Assembly (NCBI GenBank): GCA_051313645.2
Contig: JBNRSN020000045.1
Location: 6,324,001-6,388,000, forward strand
Direction of reading: 5' to 3'
Source: Centroscyllium fabricii
Taxonomy: Eukaryota
Length of the DNA: 64,000 bases
The notes under the pieces were generated by a model. It saw nothing but the letters and a program-made list of their open reading frames with translations, did no database searches and had not been told where the DNA came from. Both the position numbers and the translations under genes were made by a program. Shown here piece after piece: positions 25,615-39,028 of this stretch (positions within the stretch are counted from its first letter, which is position 1; each line of letters opens with the position of its first letter).

Positions 25615-26732
25615 TATGACTGTAGTAGTCTCTGGCCATTACATATTCCAGATAGAGGAATATGAATTTTCTTCAACATACATCAACAACGTCAGATGCA
25701 CGTAAAAACAGTGAGGCCTTGCTGTGGTAAACGGAACCCTGCTAGCCGATAGACGTTCTTACCATATCATAACATTGACAATTTAAACATTCTATAAATA
25801 AAATATCCAAGGCCAGTTGTTTCCGAGCATCGTCTGTTGCTGAGTGAAATCGCTCTATCTGTCTCTCTCGCTCACTATCTCTCCCCCTCTCTCTCCAAAG
25901 ATACCCACCACATTTTCCCTATATCGAATGAAATATACATGAAAAACTTTCATAAACGGAATTAACTGAATTCCATATGCCAACACCAATACATTTCTGA
26001 AATCCCAATGGTTTTCTCCTGACCGAATAGGCTTCTGGAACCGCAATTGATTTAAAGAATGGCAATGGATTTCTACCATCCCAGCAGTAAGGTAGAACCC
26101 CAGTTAAATTTCCTGTCCCTATTGATATCTGAAATATCAATGGATATCCACCATCACAATTTATTTCCTTTGAATTCTTCCAAGGGTGAAAGACGTGGAC
26201 CTTTAGCCATCCGATTTCCATGTGAGTGTCTCTTTGTGGAGCAGTCTGATGGTCCCACCTGTAGTTAGATGTAATGTGTTACAACAGTCGCACTGTTTAT
26301 CTCGGTGAAGAGGTCATGCTGGTCAGATCTTGTTATGATGAGGACAGTGAGAGGATTAATTTGGTGTTCCAGTGAAATCATTGTTTGAAGTAAATAAAAA
26401 AGATTCAAAATAATGGAGCTTACAAACTGCGTTAACTTGGACAGGCTAGATTTTAACCCAGAGAATGCAGTGCATGGCGTGAATGAATCCCTGAAATGTG
26501 AACTTCTGTCAAAGGTAAAAGGACTGAAATTTGTTATTTTGAAATAAAGCGCATGTTGAAGACATTTTCTTTCGATTATGCAATTCTAGACTTTATTTTA
26601 AAGGTTAGACATAAAACTGGACTGAGCCTCAGATTTTGTTGATACAGCATTTAGTTGTTATCACTTTACACATCATTTTTAATTAATTTGTATGAAATAG
26701 AATATGGACCATAACAGAGCAGGAAAAGCTAA

Positions 26733-27192
26733 AGAAATTGCATTTATATAGCTCTTTTCCCAATTACCGGTCTTCACAAAGCACTTTGCAGACAATTAAA
26801 TATGTTTGTAGTGTCGTCACTGTTCTAATGTCCGAAACACAGCAGCCAATCTGAGCTCAGAAACTCCCCCAAACAGCAGTGTGATAATGAGCAGATCGTC
26901 TGTTTCTGATCTGTTGATTGAGGGATCACTGTTGGCAAGGACACTGGGGAGAAGTCACCTGCTCTTCTTCAAGGTATTGCCCTGGGGTTTTTTACGTCCA
27001 CCTGAGCGGGCAGCCGGATTTTTGATTTAAAGCCTCATTTGAAATACGGCACATCCAACAGTGCAGCACCCCTTCAGCACTACACTCGATTATCAGCCTA
27101 GATTGTTGTGCTCAAGTCTCTGGAGTGGACGTGAACGCACACACATCTGATTGAGAGGGTAGTGGGCTTCCCACTGTGCCACCGCTGACACT
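26733..27192 (-). mobile_element. Deu-domain SINE with L2-type tail (SacSINE1-like)
   Basis: The minus strand starts with a tRNA-like head, has a central block GGACGTAAAAAACCCCAGGGCAATACCTTGAAGAAGAGCAGG resembling the Deu domain, and ends in CTATATAAATGCAA. Confidence 0.7.
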
Positions 27193-27409
27193 GTACAACC
27201 CAGGACAGTGCTGGGGGTCTCTGTGCATCTCTGCAATACAGACAAATGGTAAAGAGCATTTGGGAATCGTCCTGCACTGTGTGATGGTCAGGATCAGTTA
27301 CACAAGACTGAGTGACTGGATTGTGCAGCCTCCAGGCGTCACTTTTGGAATTAGACCCAAAAGTGTATTACCCCGGAATAGACATATCCAGTGCACTGTA
27401 TGTGTTAAA

Positions 27410-28020
27410 CTCACTCTCTGTCCCTAACTTTATTGCTCTTTTTACCATTGTCTGCCTCTCATGGTCTCTGTCCCTCTGTATATTTCTCTTCCTCAGTCTT
27501 CTTTCTGTGTGTTTCTCTCTCTTGCTTTCCCCACCTCTGGTATTTTCTGCCTCTCTATTGCTGTCTTTATATTTTTCGATCTGTCACTCTGCCTTTTTTC
27601 TGCTAGACTCTCTCTCACTCTGTTGCTGTCAGTCTGCCTCTGGTTGTCTCTGTCATCTCTGTCTCCTCTGTCCACCAGCCACATTGTCGCTTTTACTCGG
27701 TGTTGGGCCAGTTCTTTTCTCTTTCGTTTTCTGTCTGTCTCTGTTTATTTCTGAGTCTCTGTTTCTTTGTGCGTCTCCTTCTCTCTTTCTGTTTGCTTCT
27801 GTTTGTTTCTTTTTACCTTTTCTTCTCTCTCTTTCTCTATCACACTCTTTCACTGTCCTTCCGTTCCTGTTTTTGTATTTCTCTTTCTCTGTATTATTAA
27901 TGTTGACTCCTTTTCTTTCTCACTTATTTACATCATTCTGTCTTTCATTCCCACACTTTCCCACTTGCTTTTATCTCTCTTGTTCCTTATTTCTCCCTTT
28001 CGATTATCCGCCTCCTTCTA
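27410..28020. repeat. CT-rich low-complexity tract
   Basis: Pyrimidine-rich degenerate repeat. Confidence 0.85.
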
Positions 28021-28149
28021 ATGTTATCAGAAACAATACTCAACGTTAATTCCAGTGTCCACGGACTTCACAGATGTATTGCCATTCTTAGACATTATGG
28101 GTATTGTATGTTTTATATAAATACAAACACACTTAACAATATAATTATG

Positions 28150-29195
28150 AAATATAATCAGGAAATGTTGGAAACTCTCAGCCAGCCACGTAGCATCTGT
28201 GGAGAGAGAAACAAATTTCTCGTTTTAAGTCGAATAACCTTTCATCAGAGCTGGAAAAAGTTAGAGCTGCGACAGGTAGTCGGCAAGTGCAGAGGCAGGG
28301 AAAGGGGTGGGGGAAAGGACAAAGCGGGGGTTCTCTGATAGGGTGCAAGGCTGGAGAGATTGAATGACGAAAGAGATGATGGTGTGACGCAAAGGGCGAT
28401 GGGAATGCGACAAGGAACAGAAGATGGGTCGAGAAAATGTTTAAATGGGAATGGCAGAATTATCACAGGCTGCCGGCCGACAACAATGGGAGCAGGGGAT
28501 TGTGTTGTGAAATTGGTGAACTCGATGCTGTGTCCGGAAGGCTGCAATGTGCCAAATCGAAAGATGAGGTGCTGTTCCTCGAACTTACATTGAGCTTCAT
28601 TGGAGCAGTGTAGGTGGCCGAGGACAGATAGGTCCGACTGGGAGTGGAGCAGAGAATTAATCTGACAGCTGACCAGAAGCTTAGAATCACCCTCACGGAC
28701 TGAACGTGTCTGCATTATAATAATGAATTTGGAATTAATTTTTAAATTATTCTGTTCAGATGCATAACACTTATATTCATTTATAGTTATATTACTTAAT
28801 TAGATGAACAACCCCCCTATTTAGATTAGGCACTAACAGACGTCTGGGTTCATCATTGAGTTTAACTGTTACAGATCAGATTCCCCAGCCCCATTTTTGC
28901 AGGCGACAGTTGTTGATTCTGCCATCGCCATTTGCAAAACATAATCTCTCCTGCCTTCAACCCGATGACAGACTGTCCCTTTTGTTCCTCCTCCCCACTC
29001 CCCTAGTCCCTGCCTCTGCACCTGTTAAACCCTGTTACATCTCCAACCTTTTCCAGCACTCCGGGAGGGTCATAGTCCTGAAACGTTAACACTGCCCCTC
29101 TCTCTCCACCGATGCAGCCTGACCTGCTGAGTGGTTCCAGAATTGTCTGTTGTTATTTCAGATTTGCAGCATCCGCAGTATTTTGCTATTTTTTA
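28150..29195 (-). mobile_element. Penelope-like element remnant (end of GIY-YIG endonuclease plus inverted terminal repeat)
   Basis: Minus ORF HSQSDLSVLGHLHCSNEAQCKFEEQHLIFRFGTLQPSGHSIEF matches the Penelope ORF C-terminus. 28875-29195 is an inverted copy of the 3' region. Confidence 0.75.
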
Positions 29196-29966
29196 TCCAT
29201 TAATACTTTAGCTACATAACTGACACCACACTTCATCGTATCATTCCTTGTATGGAGTGTTAGATGATATGAAGGTGGAGCTGAACAAGAGCGATTTCAA
29301 TAAAATGATTTTTAACATCGTGTCTCCATGGAGATATCAGGACAGATGTCCGAAATCTTGGAGAAGGAGGACTGCTTTATGAAGCAGAGAGTAGTAGAGA
29401 TGCAGAGAAGTTTAGGGTGGGAATTGCAATAATTAGGTTCCAGGCAGCTGTCTTTGTTCATTCTTTCTTGCTTTCCTTACTTCTTTCTTTCTCTTTGTCT
29501 CTCACTTTCTGCCTCTTTCTGTCTATCCATTTTCTCTCCATGGATGTTTCTGTCTTTTTCTGTCTCTACCTGTTTTAATCTCTGCTTCAATGAACATGTA
29601 TTAGCTTGTCACTGTATTGTGCCTCTTCAGCTTCTCTATTCTATCTTTTGCTCTGCTCCTTTTTTCTATTGAGCTGCTCTCTGTCGGTTCTGGTGTTCTC
29701 TCTGTCTTTCTCTGTCATTCTGTCAGCGGGTTAACCGCAGCCTTTTCAGGTGAAGGCCAGCTGAGCTCTTCAGCGCCCCCTTTGGACAAACAATTCATGT
29801 GTCGTCTGCAAAGTGACCCGGCTCAATGGGTCGGATTTCCCATAAAATGTGACAACTCGGGTCTGGGTCCTGCTAATGTCTAATGTACTGTCCGTCCAGT
29901 GGGGACTACAGGAGGCGGGGAATGAAATGGGCTGCAGTTCTAGTGCTTCAAACTCTTCCTCTCTTT

Positions 29967-30868
29967 CTATGATTTAACTATTTTAACAATGAGCTTGAGT
30001 GGGTATTTCACCGCGTTCTTCAGCTCCTCCCTGAATTTAGTCTGGGTCACAGCGTAAATACACGTGTTGGTGCAGGAACTGAGAACCTGCAGCATTCCTG
30101 ATGTGGATTCTGTGATATAAAGAGGGTCAGAGTAGGAGGAAGGATGCATCTTTGTAATTCGCTGATGGATGTAAAATATAACCTGTGTCACCCATAACAA
30201 TATGAAACTGCCGGTTATACTGTAGAGCAAAATGATGGATTTCTTTCGGTTCTCCATCTCTGTGTCCTTGGGATTCTCTCCATCGCTGCGGCCCCGGAGT
30301 CCCCTGCGGACTCGACTGGACAGTAAAATCCGCCTGACCGTCAGAGCATTGAGCAGCAAAATCAGGAAGAACGGGACACAAGGGGTTAAAATGCGGTGAA
30401 ACATCTCAAACGCTGCCCATGCGGGGGAAGAATAGAAACTCGGCTTAATGAAACAATCCCAGGGAACATTATCTATTATATAGCCAGGTTCAACTGTAAA
30501 GTACCAGGGGACAGACTCTAAACAGCCCAGCACACTCACTGTTCCGATCACCACTGCCGCCGTTTTCTCGGTGCAATATTTAGTTTTAAGTTTCTCACAA
30601 CAAATGGCCACAAACCGATCAAAGGTGAAAGCGACTGTGAGCCAGACAGAAACCATCGTGGTTGCAAAAATCAGGCAGATAACGAGACTACACACGGGAG
30701 TAATGAACAGGAATGAAATGGGGAGATAAAACCCACCAATCCACCTCAATATGGGATCAGTGATGACAACCAGGAGATCGGCCGCTGCCATTCCCACCAG
30801 GTAGCGAGTGATACATTTGGAGAGACCGCACTTTCCTCGGGACAGGATCACAATCGCCGCCAAGTTAA
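29967..30868 (-). CDS. Exon 2 of class A GPCR, GPR139/GPR142-like (TM1-TM7)
   Basis: Open frame with hydrophobic helices, MAAAD (TM2), DRF (TM3), PC..I.L.N (TM5), F..LW (TM6) and NTCIY (TM7). Acceptor CTTTTTCTCTCTCTTACAG lies immediately before 30868, and its phase matches exon 1. Confidence 0.95.
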
Positions 30869-30989
30869 CTGTAAGAGAGAGAAAAGGGGAATCAGAGAAA
30901 TGGCTGATCAGACGTGGAGACAAAGCAGCTGATTGACAGGATCTGGGCTGAAAGGTCCACATTTGTTGCTGCATCAAAACTGGCCAACA

Positions 30990-31150
30990 CAGCCAGGAAG
31001 TGACATCATCAAAATGCGAGCAGTTGAGGGCGGGGCTGGTGACCTCATCAAATTCGGACACTGCAGAAAGGAAGTGACATCATCAAAATGCCCACTTTAA
31101 GGGGCGGGGCTGCTGACCTTTCAAAGATTGCCACGGGAGCCAGGAAGTGA
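30990..31150. repeat. Short repeated motif cluster GGAAGTGACATCATCAAAATG / GGGGCGGGGCTG
   Basis: Alternating motifs occur 2-3 times here and again at ~33690-33790 and ~35985-36205. Confidence 0.65.
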
Positions 31151-31329
31151 TCTTGTGGAATCTGTAGATTACTAACCGGAGAGATGTGGTCCACACGCAG
31201 GAACGATTAAACAAAGGTCTTTACTCCAAACACTCGGTCAACAAAACTGACTGGACAATCTCCCGCCACATGTGATGACCGCATCATGCGTTAGCACCTG
31301 GATCCACGCTTCCCGCTCTCTTAAAGTGG

Positions 31330-33557
31330 GACTGCCCCGTACAGTGAAAGATACAACAACAGTTAAGGGGAAAGCCCCGTACAGTGAAAAGATACAATAA
31401 CAGTTAAGCGGAATGCCCCGTACAGTGAAGATACAATAACAGTTAAGGGGAATGCCCCGTACAGTGAAAAGATACAATAACAGTTAAGGGGAATGCCCCG
31501 TACAGTGAAAGATACAACAACAGTTAAGGGGAATGCCCCGTACAGTGAAAAGATACAATAATAGTTAAGGGGAATGCCCCGTACAGTGAAGATACAATAA
31601 CAGTTAAGGGGAATGCCCCATACAGTGAAGATACAATAACAGTTAAGGGGAATTCCCTGTACAGTGAAAAGATACAATAACCTTTAAGGGAATGTCCCGT
31701 ACAGTGAAGATACAATAACAGTTAAGGGGAAAGCCCCGTACAGTGAAGATACAATAACCTTTAAGGGGAATGCCCCGTACAGTGAAGATACAATAACAGT
31801 TAAGGGGAATGCCCCTTTCAATGAAGATACAATAACAGTTAAGGGGAATGCCCCGTACAGTGAAGAGATACAATACCAGTTAAGGGGAAAACCCAGTACA
31901 GTCAAGAGATACAATAACAGTGAAGGGGAATTCCCCGTACAGTGAAAATACAATAACCTTTAAGGGGAATGCCCCGTACAGTGAAGATACAATAACAGTT
32001 AAGGGGAATGCCCCGTACAATGAAGATACAATAACCGTTAAGGGGAATGCCCCGTACAGTGAAGAGATACAATACCAGTTAAGGGGAATACCCCGTACAG
32101 TGAAGAGATACAATAACAGTTAAGGGGAATGCCCCGTACAGTGAAAATACAATAACCTTTAAGGGGAATGCCCCGTACAGTGAAGATACAATAACAGTTA
32201 AGGGGAATGCCCCGTACAATGAAGATACAATAACAGTTAAGGGGAAAGCCCCGTACAGTGAAGATACAATAACAGTTAAGGGGGATTCCCCGTACAGTGA
32301 AGATACAATATCCTTTAAGGGGAATGCCCCGTACAGTGAAAGATACAATAACAGTTAAGGGGGATTCCCCGTACAGTGAAAAAATACAACTAAAGTTACG
32401 GGGAATGGCCCGTACAGTGAAGATACAGGAACAGTTAAGGGGAATGGCCCGTACAGTGAAAAGATACAATAACAGTTAAGGAGAATACCCCGTACAGTGA
32501 AGATACAATAACAGTTAAGGGGAATTCCCTGTACAGTGAAAAGATACAATAACCTTTAAGGGAATGTCCCGTACAGTGAAGATACAATAACAGTTAAGGG
32601 GAGAGCCCCGTACAGTGAAGATACATTAACCTTTAAGGGGAATGCCCCGTACAGTGAAGATACAATAACAGTTAAGGGGAATGCCCCTTTCAATGAAGAT
32701 ACAATAACAGTTAAGGGGCATGCCCCGTACAGTGAAGAGATACAATACCAGTTAAGGGGAAAACCCAGTACAGTGAAGAGATACAATAACAGTGAAGGGG
32801 AATTCCCCGTACAGTGAAAATACAATAACCTTTAAGCGGAATGCCCCGTACAGTGAAGATACAATAACAGTTAAGGGGAATGCCCCGTACAATGAAGATA
32901 CAATAACAGTTAAGGAGAATGCCCCGTACAGTGAAGAGATACAATACCAGTTAAGGGGAATACCCCGTACAGTGAAGAGATACAATAAAAGTTAAGGGGA
33001 ATGCCCCGTACAGTGAAAATACAATAACCTTTAAGGGGAATGCCCCGTACAGTGAAGATACAATAACAGTTAAGGGGAATGCCCCGTACAATGAAGATAC
33101 AATAACAGTTAAGGGGAATGCCCCGTACAGTGAAGAGATACAATACCAGTTAAGGGGAAAACCCAGTACAGTGAAGAGATACAATAACAGTTAAGGGGAA
33201 TGCACCGTACAGTGAAAAGATACAATAACAGTTAGTGGGATTGCCCCATACTTTGAATATACAATAACAGTTAAGGGGAATGCCCCGTATAGTGAAAAGA
33301 TACAATAACAGTTAAGCGGAATACCCCGTACAGTGAAGATACAATAACAGTTAAGGGGAATGCCCCGTACAGTGAAGAGATACAATACCAGTTAAGGGGA
33401 ATACCCCGTACAGTGAAGAGATACAATAACAGTTAAGGGCAATGCGCCGTATAGTGAAAAGATACAATAACAGTTAGTGGGATTGCCCCATACTTTGAAT
33501 ATACAATAACAGTTAAGGGGAATGCCCCATATAGTGAAAAGATACAATAACAGTTAC
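31330..33557. repeat. 39-41-bp minisatellite, about 55 copies, in GPCR intron
   Basis: Unit GTTAAGGGGAATGCCCCGTACAGTGAAGATACAATAACA. Variant runs recur about 872 bp apart (31651 vs 32523). Confidence 0.97.
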
Positions 33558-33794
33558 ATTTGTGCCTAACACCCTAGTAGAATATCCGAAGGATGTTATG
33601 AGTCTGTTAATGAGAATTGTGCACATAAATGTTATATACAGCTACAAACAACGGATGGTGGTCCTGTCACAATATTATCGAAAAGGCTGCCGTGGGGAGG
33701 GAGGCTGCTGACCTCATCACAAATGGGCACCGCCTCCAGGAAGTGCAATCAGCAAATCGGCCGTAGTTGGGGGCACAGCAGCTGACATCCTCAC

Positions 33795-35700
33795 ATAAGA
33801 ATATGTGAAATAAGAGCAGGAGTAGGTCATTCGGTTCGCGAGCCTGTTCCGCCATTCAATAAGTTAATGGCTGACCATTGAACTCAACTCCACTTTACCG
33901 CCCCATCTCCATATCACTTGATTCCCCTAAAGGCCCAAAATATGTCTATCGCAGCCAGGAATATAATCAACAACTCTGCATTTACACCCCGCTGGGGCGG
34001 AGAATTCCAAAGATTCACAACCGTCTGAGTGAAGAAATTCCTCCTCATCTCAATCATAACTGGCTGACTCTTTATCCTCAGACTCTGCCCGCTAGTTCTA
34101 GACGCACCAGCGAGGGAAACAACCCTTCAGCATCTACTCTGTCAATCTCTTTCAGATTTTTGTAAAGTTCAATGAGATCACATCTCATTCTTCTAAACTC
34201 CAGATCATGGGATCATTCTGCACAATGTCTCCTCATAGGACATCCTTCTCATCCCAGGGATCAATCTAGTGAACCTTGGTTGCACCGTCTCCAAGGCAAG
34301 TATATCCTTCCAAATATATGGAGCCCAGAACTGTGCCCAGTATTCCAGGTGTGGTCTCACCAAGGCCCTATAGATTTGTAGCAGGACTTCCTCCCCCCAT
34401 TAGTCCACCCATTGTAATTACAGGATAATACACCATTGGTCTTCCTTATTTCTTACTGTTCCTGTAGGCTGGATTTAAGTGTTTCTTGCACGAGGCAAAA
34501 TAAATATCTCTGAACACCAACACTGGAAATTTTCTCACCATTGAGAATATATTCTGGTTTTCTATTCTTGCTACCAAATTGAAATATCTCACATTTCCGA
34601 CATTATGCTCCATCTCTCAACTTACGGCCTACTCAATTAGTTTATCTATAACCATTTGCAGGCACGTTGTGTTCTCCTCACGGCTTACTGTCCCACCTAG
34701 TTTTTTATCATCAGAAAAGTTGGATACCACACTCGGTCCCTTCATCTAGGTCATTAATGTGGATTGGATGGAAATAGCTGGAGCCCCAACACAGATCCTT
34801 ACGGCATCCCACTAGTACCAGCCTGCCAACCGCAAAAAGATCAGTTCATCCCGACTCTCTGTTTTCTGTCCGTTACCCAATCCTCTATCCCGCTACCCAA
34901 ACAGCCCGAATCGTGTGTAATAGTTTTTTATTTGTAAACATATCGATTGCCTTAACGGAATCCAAAACAAATAGATCAACCTGTTCCCCTTTATCGACCC
35001 TGTTGGTTAGATCTTCAAACGACTCCAATAAAGTTATCAAACATAATGTCGCTTTCATAAAACCAGTTTGATTCTGCCCAGTCATGTTATGATTTTCTAA
35101 GTGACTCGATACCACCTCCTTAACAATGGGTTTCAGCAGATTCCTGACCATTGATGTCAGGCTGACTGGCCTGTCGTTCCTTGTTTTTTTATTATTTCAC
35201 TCCCTTCTAGAATAGCAGCGTTGCATTTGGGACGTTCCCATCCGCTGGGGACTCTCCAGAATCTAGGGAATTTTGGAAGACAACATCAATGCATCCAATA
35301 TCACTTCAGCAACCTCTTTTAGAACCCTAGCCGCTGATTATCCACTGATGAGCTTTAATCCATGTTTTCCAGTCTATCTCTGCAAACTCGCCCCTCATAC
35401 CTAAGTAATTGGCTTTATTTCTGTTTAAGAATATTGTATTAGACTTAGACAAGTCACTCTTAAAATCAATGTAAAATTCTATTATATTATGATCACTCTG
35501 CCCCAGAGTGTTCTTTAATATGAGATTGCTAATTAACCCTTTCTCTTTAAGCGATATGAGATATGAAATAACCTGATCCCTGGTTGGTTCCATGACTTAT
35601 TGTTCTACGAAACTGTCCTGGAAACGTTGCATGAAATCTTCCTCCACACTAACTTGCCAATTTGTTGTGTCCAGTTTATATGAAGATTAAAGAGCCCAAG
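33795..35700 (-). mobile_element. Decayed CR1 LINE
   Basis: CR1 3' tail at 33795-33870, RT remnants, and an endonuclease C-terminal LGQSDHNIIEF motif at ~35500. Confidence 0.82.
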
Positions 35701-36419
35701 ATTATTGCATTTCCTTTCTTGAAAGCTCCTATCAAAGCCCTAGTTATTCGATTCGCCAGGACACTGGTCCTAACCTGGTTTATGCAGAGCCATTCCCGAT
35801 GGAACAGCTCAATCCTACCACAGTGCGGCTGTAAAAACAATACACCATTATTTGAGCCAGGCATTTACCTCTCTGATCTGCTTGTCCCTATGCCTATTTA
35901 CGAGTGGCTCAGGAAGCAATCGAGAGATTCTGCTTTTAATTTAGATCAATAATGACCGCTGACTCCTTGATGATACATTAGCAAAATGTCCGTAGTTGGG
36001 GGCATGGCTGGTGACTTCATCAAAAGTGGATGCGACCAGGAAATTGCATCATCAAAATGGTCGCTGGGCAAGAGGCAAGGCTGGAGTCCTCCTCAAAACT
36101 GGCCACCACCGGTACGGAGCAACATCATCAATATAGCCAATGTTGCGGGTGGAGCTGGTGAACTCGGCAAAAATGGACTCCGCCACCAGGAAGTGACATA
36201 AAAATGACCGATAATAAACGGACCAGGGCAGCAATATCTGGCAGGGAAATGCTTGCAACACAAGGGATTATATTAAGCGTAGTACGGGGCATGGCAGCTC
36301 CGCATTTTGGCGTGCTCCTCCTGTGAACTGTGGGGTGACCGGAAGACAGATGCAGATACTAGGGCATGTAACATTGGAAAATAACACAACATTAAAACTA
36401 CAACCAGGTAGCCAAAGAC

Positions 36420-36725
36420 GGTTACAAATCGCGATAGATCATATGGACAACGTGAGCAAGTTGGTAGCCATTAACCTAGGCAAATAGCGTGGAGAAATAA
36501 AGCGATATTATGAAAAGAGGCAAAACCATTTGAGTATGTCATTGGAGGCCGTGTAATTTTAGAAAACTCCTCACCAAAAAAACACACACTCGAGATAAAT
36601 TGGACGGGTCCTCATACCAGAATAGATCAATTAACTATTGCTGTGTATCTACTGAATGCCCATGGGGTCCGAGAGGAGAACCTAAACTGAAATGTTTCCA
36701 TATCAATCAGATGAAAACTGTTCAG
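36420..36725 (+). pseudogene. Integrase C-terminal remnant of the env-bearing LTR element
   Basis: Broken frames read KRYYEK / PFEYVIGGRVILENSSPKKHTLEINWTGPHTRIDQLTIAVYLL / FHINQMK, a GPY/F-type integrase tail. Confidence 0.6.
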
Positions 36726-37049
36726 AATTAAGATGATATATTTTGGTTTACCCACAGGTTATAGATGTGTCTCCATATGCTGAAACTGAAAAATGGATGT
36801 GCAGTCTGTTCTCCGAAGGTAACAAAACTTTTCCATTGTCATTAACATCTGTACACTGGACGAAGGAGGCAGATGCGCCTTAATCTCCATCTAAGGAATG
36901 GAACATCGAAATGTTGGCGGACATAAACAATCAAAGAACGATAACAGTAGCAAATTACTGTGAATGCTGGAAATCTGAAATAACAACAGGAAAAGCTGCG
37001 AATATGCAGCAGGACAGGCGGCATCCGTGGAGAGAGAAACAGAGTTAAT

Positions 37050-38775
37050 GTCTTCACAGAGGAGGACACAAATAGCCTCCCAGAGATGTCGGGAAACATA
37101 GGGACTAATGAGAGGGAGGAACTGAAAGAAATCAATATCTCTAAGGATATGGTGTCCGGGAAATTGAAAGGATTAAAGGCCGACAAATCGCCAGGGCCTG
37201 ATAATCTGCATCCTAGGGTGCTTAAGGAAGTGGCCCTGGAGATATCAGATGCTTTGAGGATCATTTTCCAGAACTCAATAGACTCTGGAATGGTGCCCAG
37301 GGATTGGAGGGTAGCTAATGTTACCCCACTATTCAAAAAGGGGGGTAGAGAGAAGGCGGGGAATTATAGACCGGTAAGTCTTACATCAGTTGTGGGCAAC
37401 ATGCTAGAGTCCATTATTAAGGACGTAATAGCAGATCACTTGACTAAGAGTGATGGGATCGGACACAGTCAACATGGATTTACAAAAGGTAAATCGTGCT
37501 TGACTAATCTATTGGAATTCTTCGAGGATGTAACCGATAAAATAGATAGGGGAGAGCCAGTAGATGTGGTTTATCTGGACTTCCAGAAAGCCTTTGACAA
37601 GGTCCCTCATAGGAGATTGGCAGGAAAAATTAAGGCTCATGGGATTGGGGGCAAGGTATTGGCGTGGATAGAGAACTGGTTGGCAGATAGAAAACAGAGA
37701 GTTGGGATAAACGGGTTGTTTCCTGATTGGCGGGCAGTGACTAGTGGGGTACCACAGGGGTCGGTACTGGGACCCCAGCTGTTCACAATATATATTAATG
37801 ACCTGGATGAGGGAATTGGATGTAACATCTCCAAATTCGCAGATGACACTAAGCTTGGAGGGGGAGTATGCTCTGAGGAGGATGTCGGGAAGCTCCAGAG
37901 TGACCTGGACAGATTGGGGGATTGGGCGAACACATGGCAAATGCACTATAATGTGGATAAATGTGAGGTTATCCACTTTGGTAGCAAAAACAGAAAGGCA
38001 GAGTATTATTTGAACGGCAATAGATTGGGAGATGGGGAAGTGCAAAGAGATCTGGGTGTTCTTGTGCACCAGTCACTGAAGGTGAGCATGCAGGTGCAGC
38101 AGGCGGTCAAAAAGGCAAATGGTATGTTGGCCTTTATATCAAGAGAGTTTGAGTATAGGAATAGGGATGTCTTGCTGCAGCTGTATAAGGTCTTGGTGAG
38201 GCCCCACCTTGAGTATTGTGTGCAGTTTTGGTCGCCGCATCTGAGGAAGGATGTTCTTGCCATGGAGTGAGTACAGCGACGATTCACCAGGCTGATACCT
38301 GGGCTGGCAGGAATGACTTATGAGGAGAGATTGTGTAGTCTGGGCTTATACTCGCTGGAGTTTAGAAGATTAAGAGGGGATCTCATCGACACTTATAAAA
38401 TTCTGTCAGGCTTGGACAGGTTAGATGCAGAAAGGATGTTTCCGATGGCCGGGGAGTCGAGAACCAGGGGGCATAGTCTAAGGATAAGGGGTAAGCCTTG
38501 TAGGACTGAGATGAGGAGGAAATTCTTCACACAGAGAGTGGTGAACCTGTGGAATTCCTTGCCACAGAGGGCGGTGGAGGCCGGTTCATTGAATATATTC
38601 AAGAGGGAACTGGATATATTTCTTCAGGCTAAAGGGATTAAGGGATATGGGGAGAAGGCAGGGACTGGGTACTGAACGTGTAAGATCAGTCATGATCTCA
38701 TTGAATGGCGGAGCATGCTAGAAGGGCCGAATGGCCTACTCCTGCTCCTATCTTCTATGATTCTATGATTCTATG
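37050..38775 (+). mobile_element. Young 5'-truncated CR1/HER1-like LINE
   Basis: RT ORF 37086-38675 broken by a single in-frame TGA at 38268-38270. (TTCTATGA)n tail. Very similar to 18174-19998. Confidence 0.96.
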
Positions 38776-38993
38776 TTTCAGGCCAGTGACCCTCCATCAG
38801 AACTGGAAAAAGCTGGGCATGTAGCAGATATTTAGCACGAGCAGAGCCTGGGGGGGGGGGGTCGTGGTCTAGGAGGGGAGGGAGGAATCCCTGACCCCAT
38901 TTTTCAGGCTGTATGATATTGCAATTCTCCTTTGCAACATTTTATCATTCCTGCCTCTTACATAAGCACAATCTGTTATTTGAATTCCTTCCT

Positions 38994-39028
38994 TTTCTGA
39001 TGAAGGTTTCCAATCCTGAAACGTTAAC
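38994..39028 (+). ncRNA. Putative minimal hammerhead ribozyme core
   Basis: CTGATGA-AGG tttccaat CCT-GAAA-CGT-T-AAC with palindromic ACGT stem III. Stem I is partly decayed. Confidence 0.5.

Noticed and set aside
30869-31061. First 64 codons of the 364-aa GPCR ORF as the true N-terminus
   Set aside because: The start is a non-ATG codon in a repeated motif region. A strong acceptor lies at 30869-30870 and an in-phase exon at 46879-46948 completes TM1.
31330-33557. CRISPR-like array or repetitive Cys-rich protein ORFs
   Set aside because: Units are contiguous with no unique spacers, there are no cas genes and the context is vertebrate. The ORFs are translations of the satellite.
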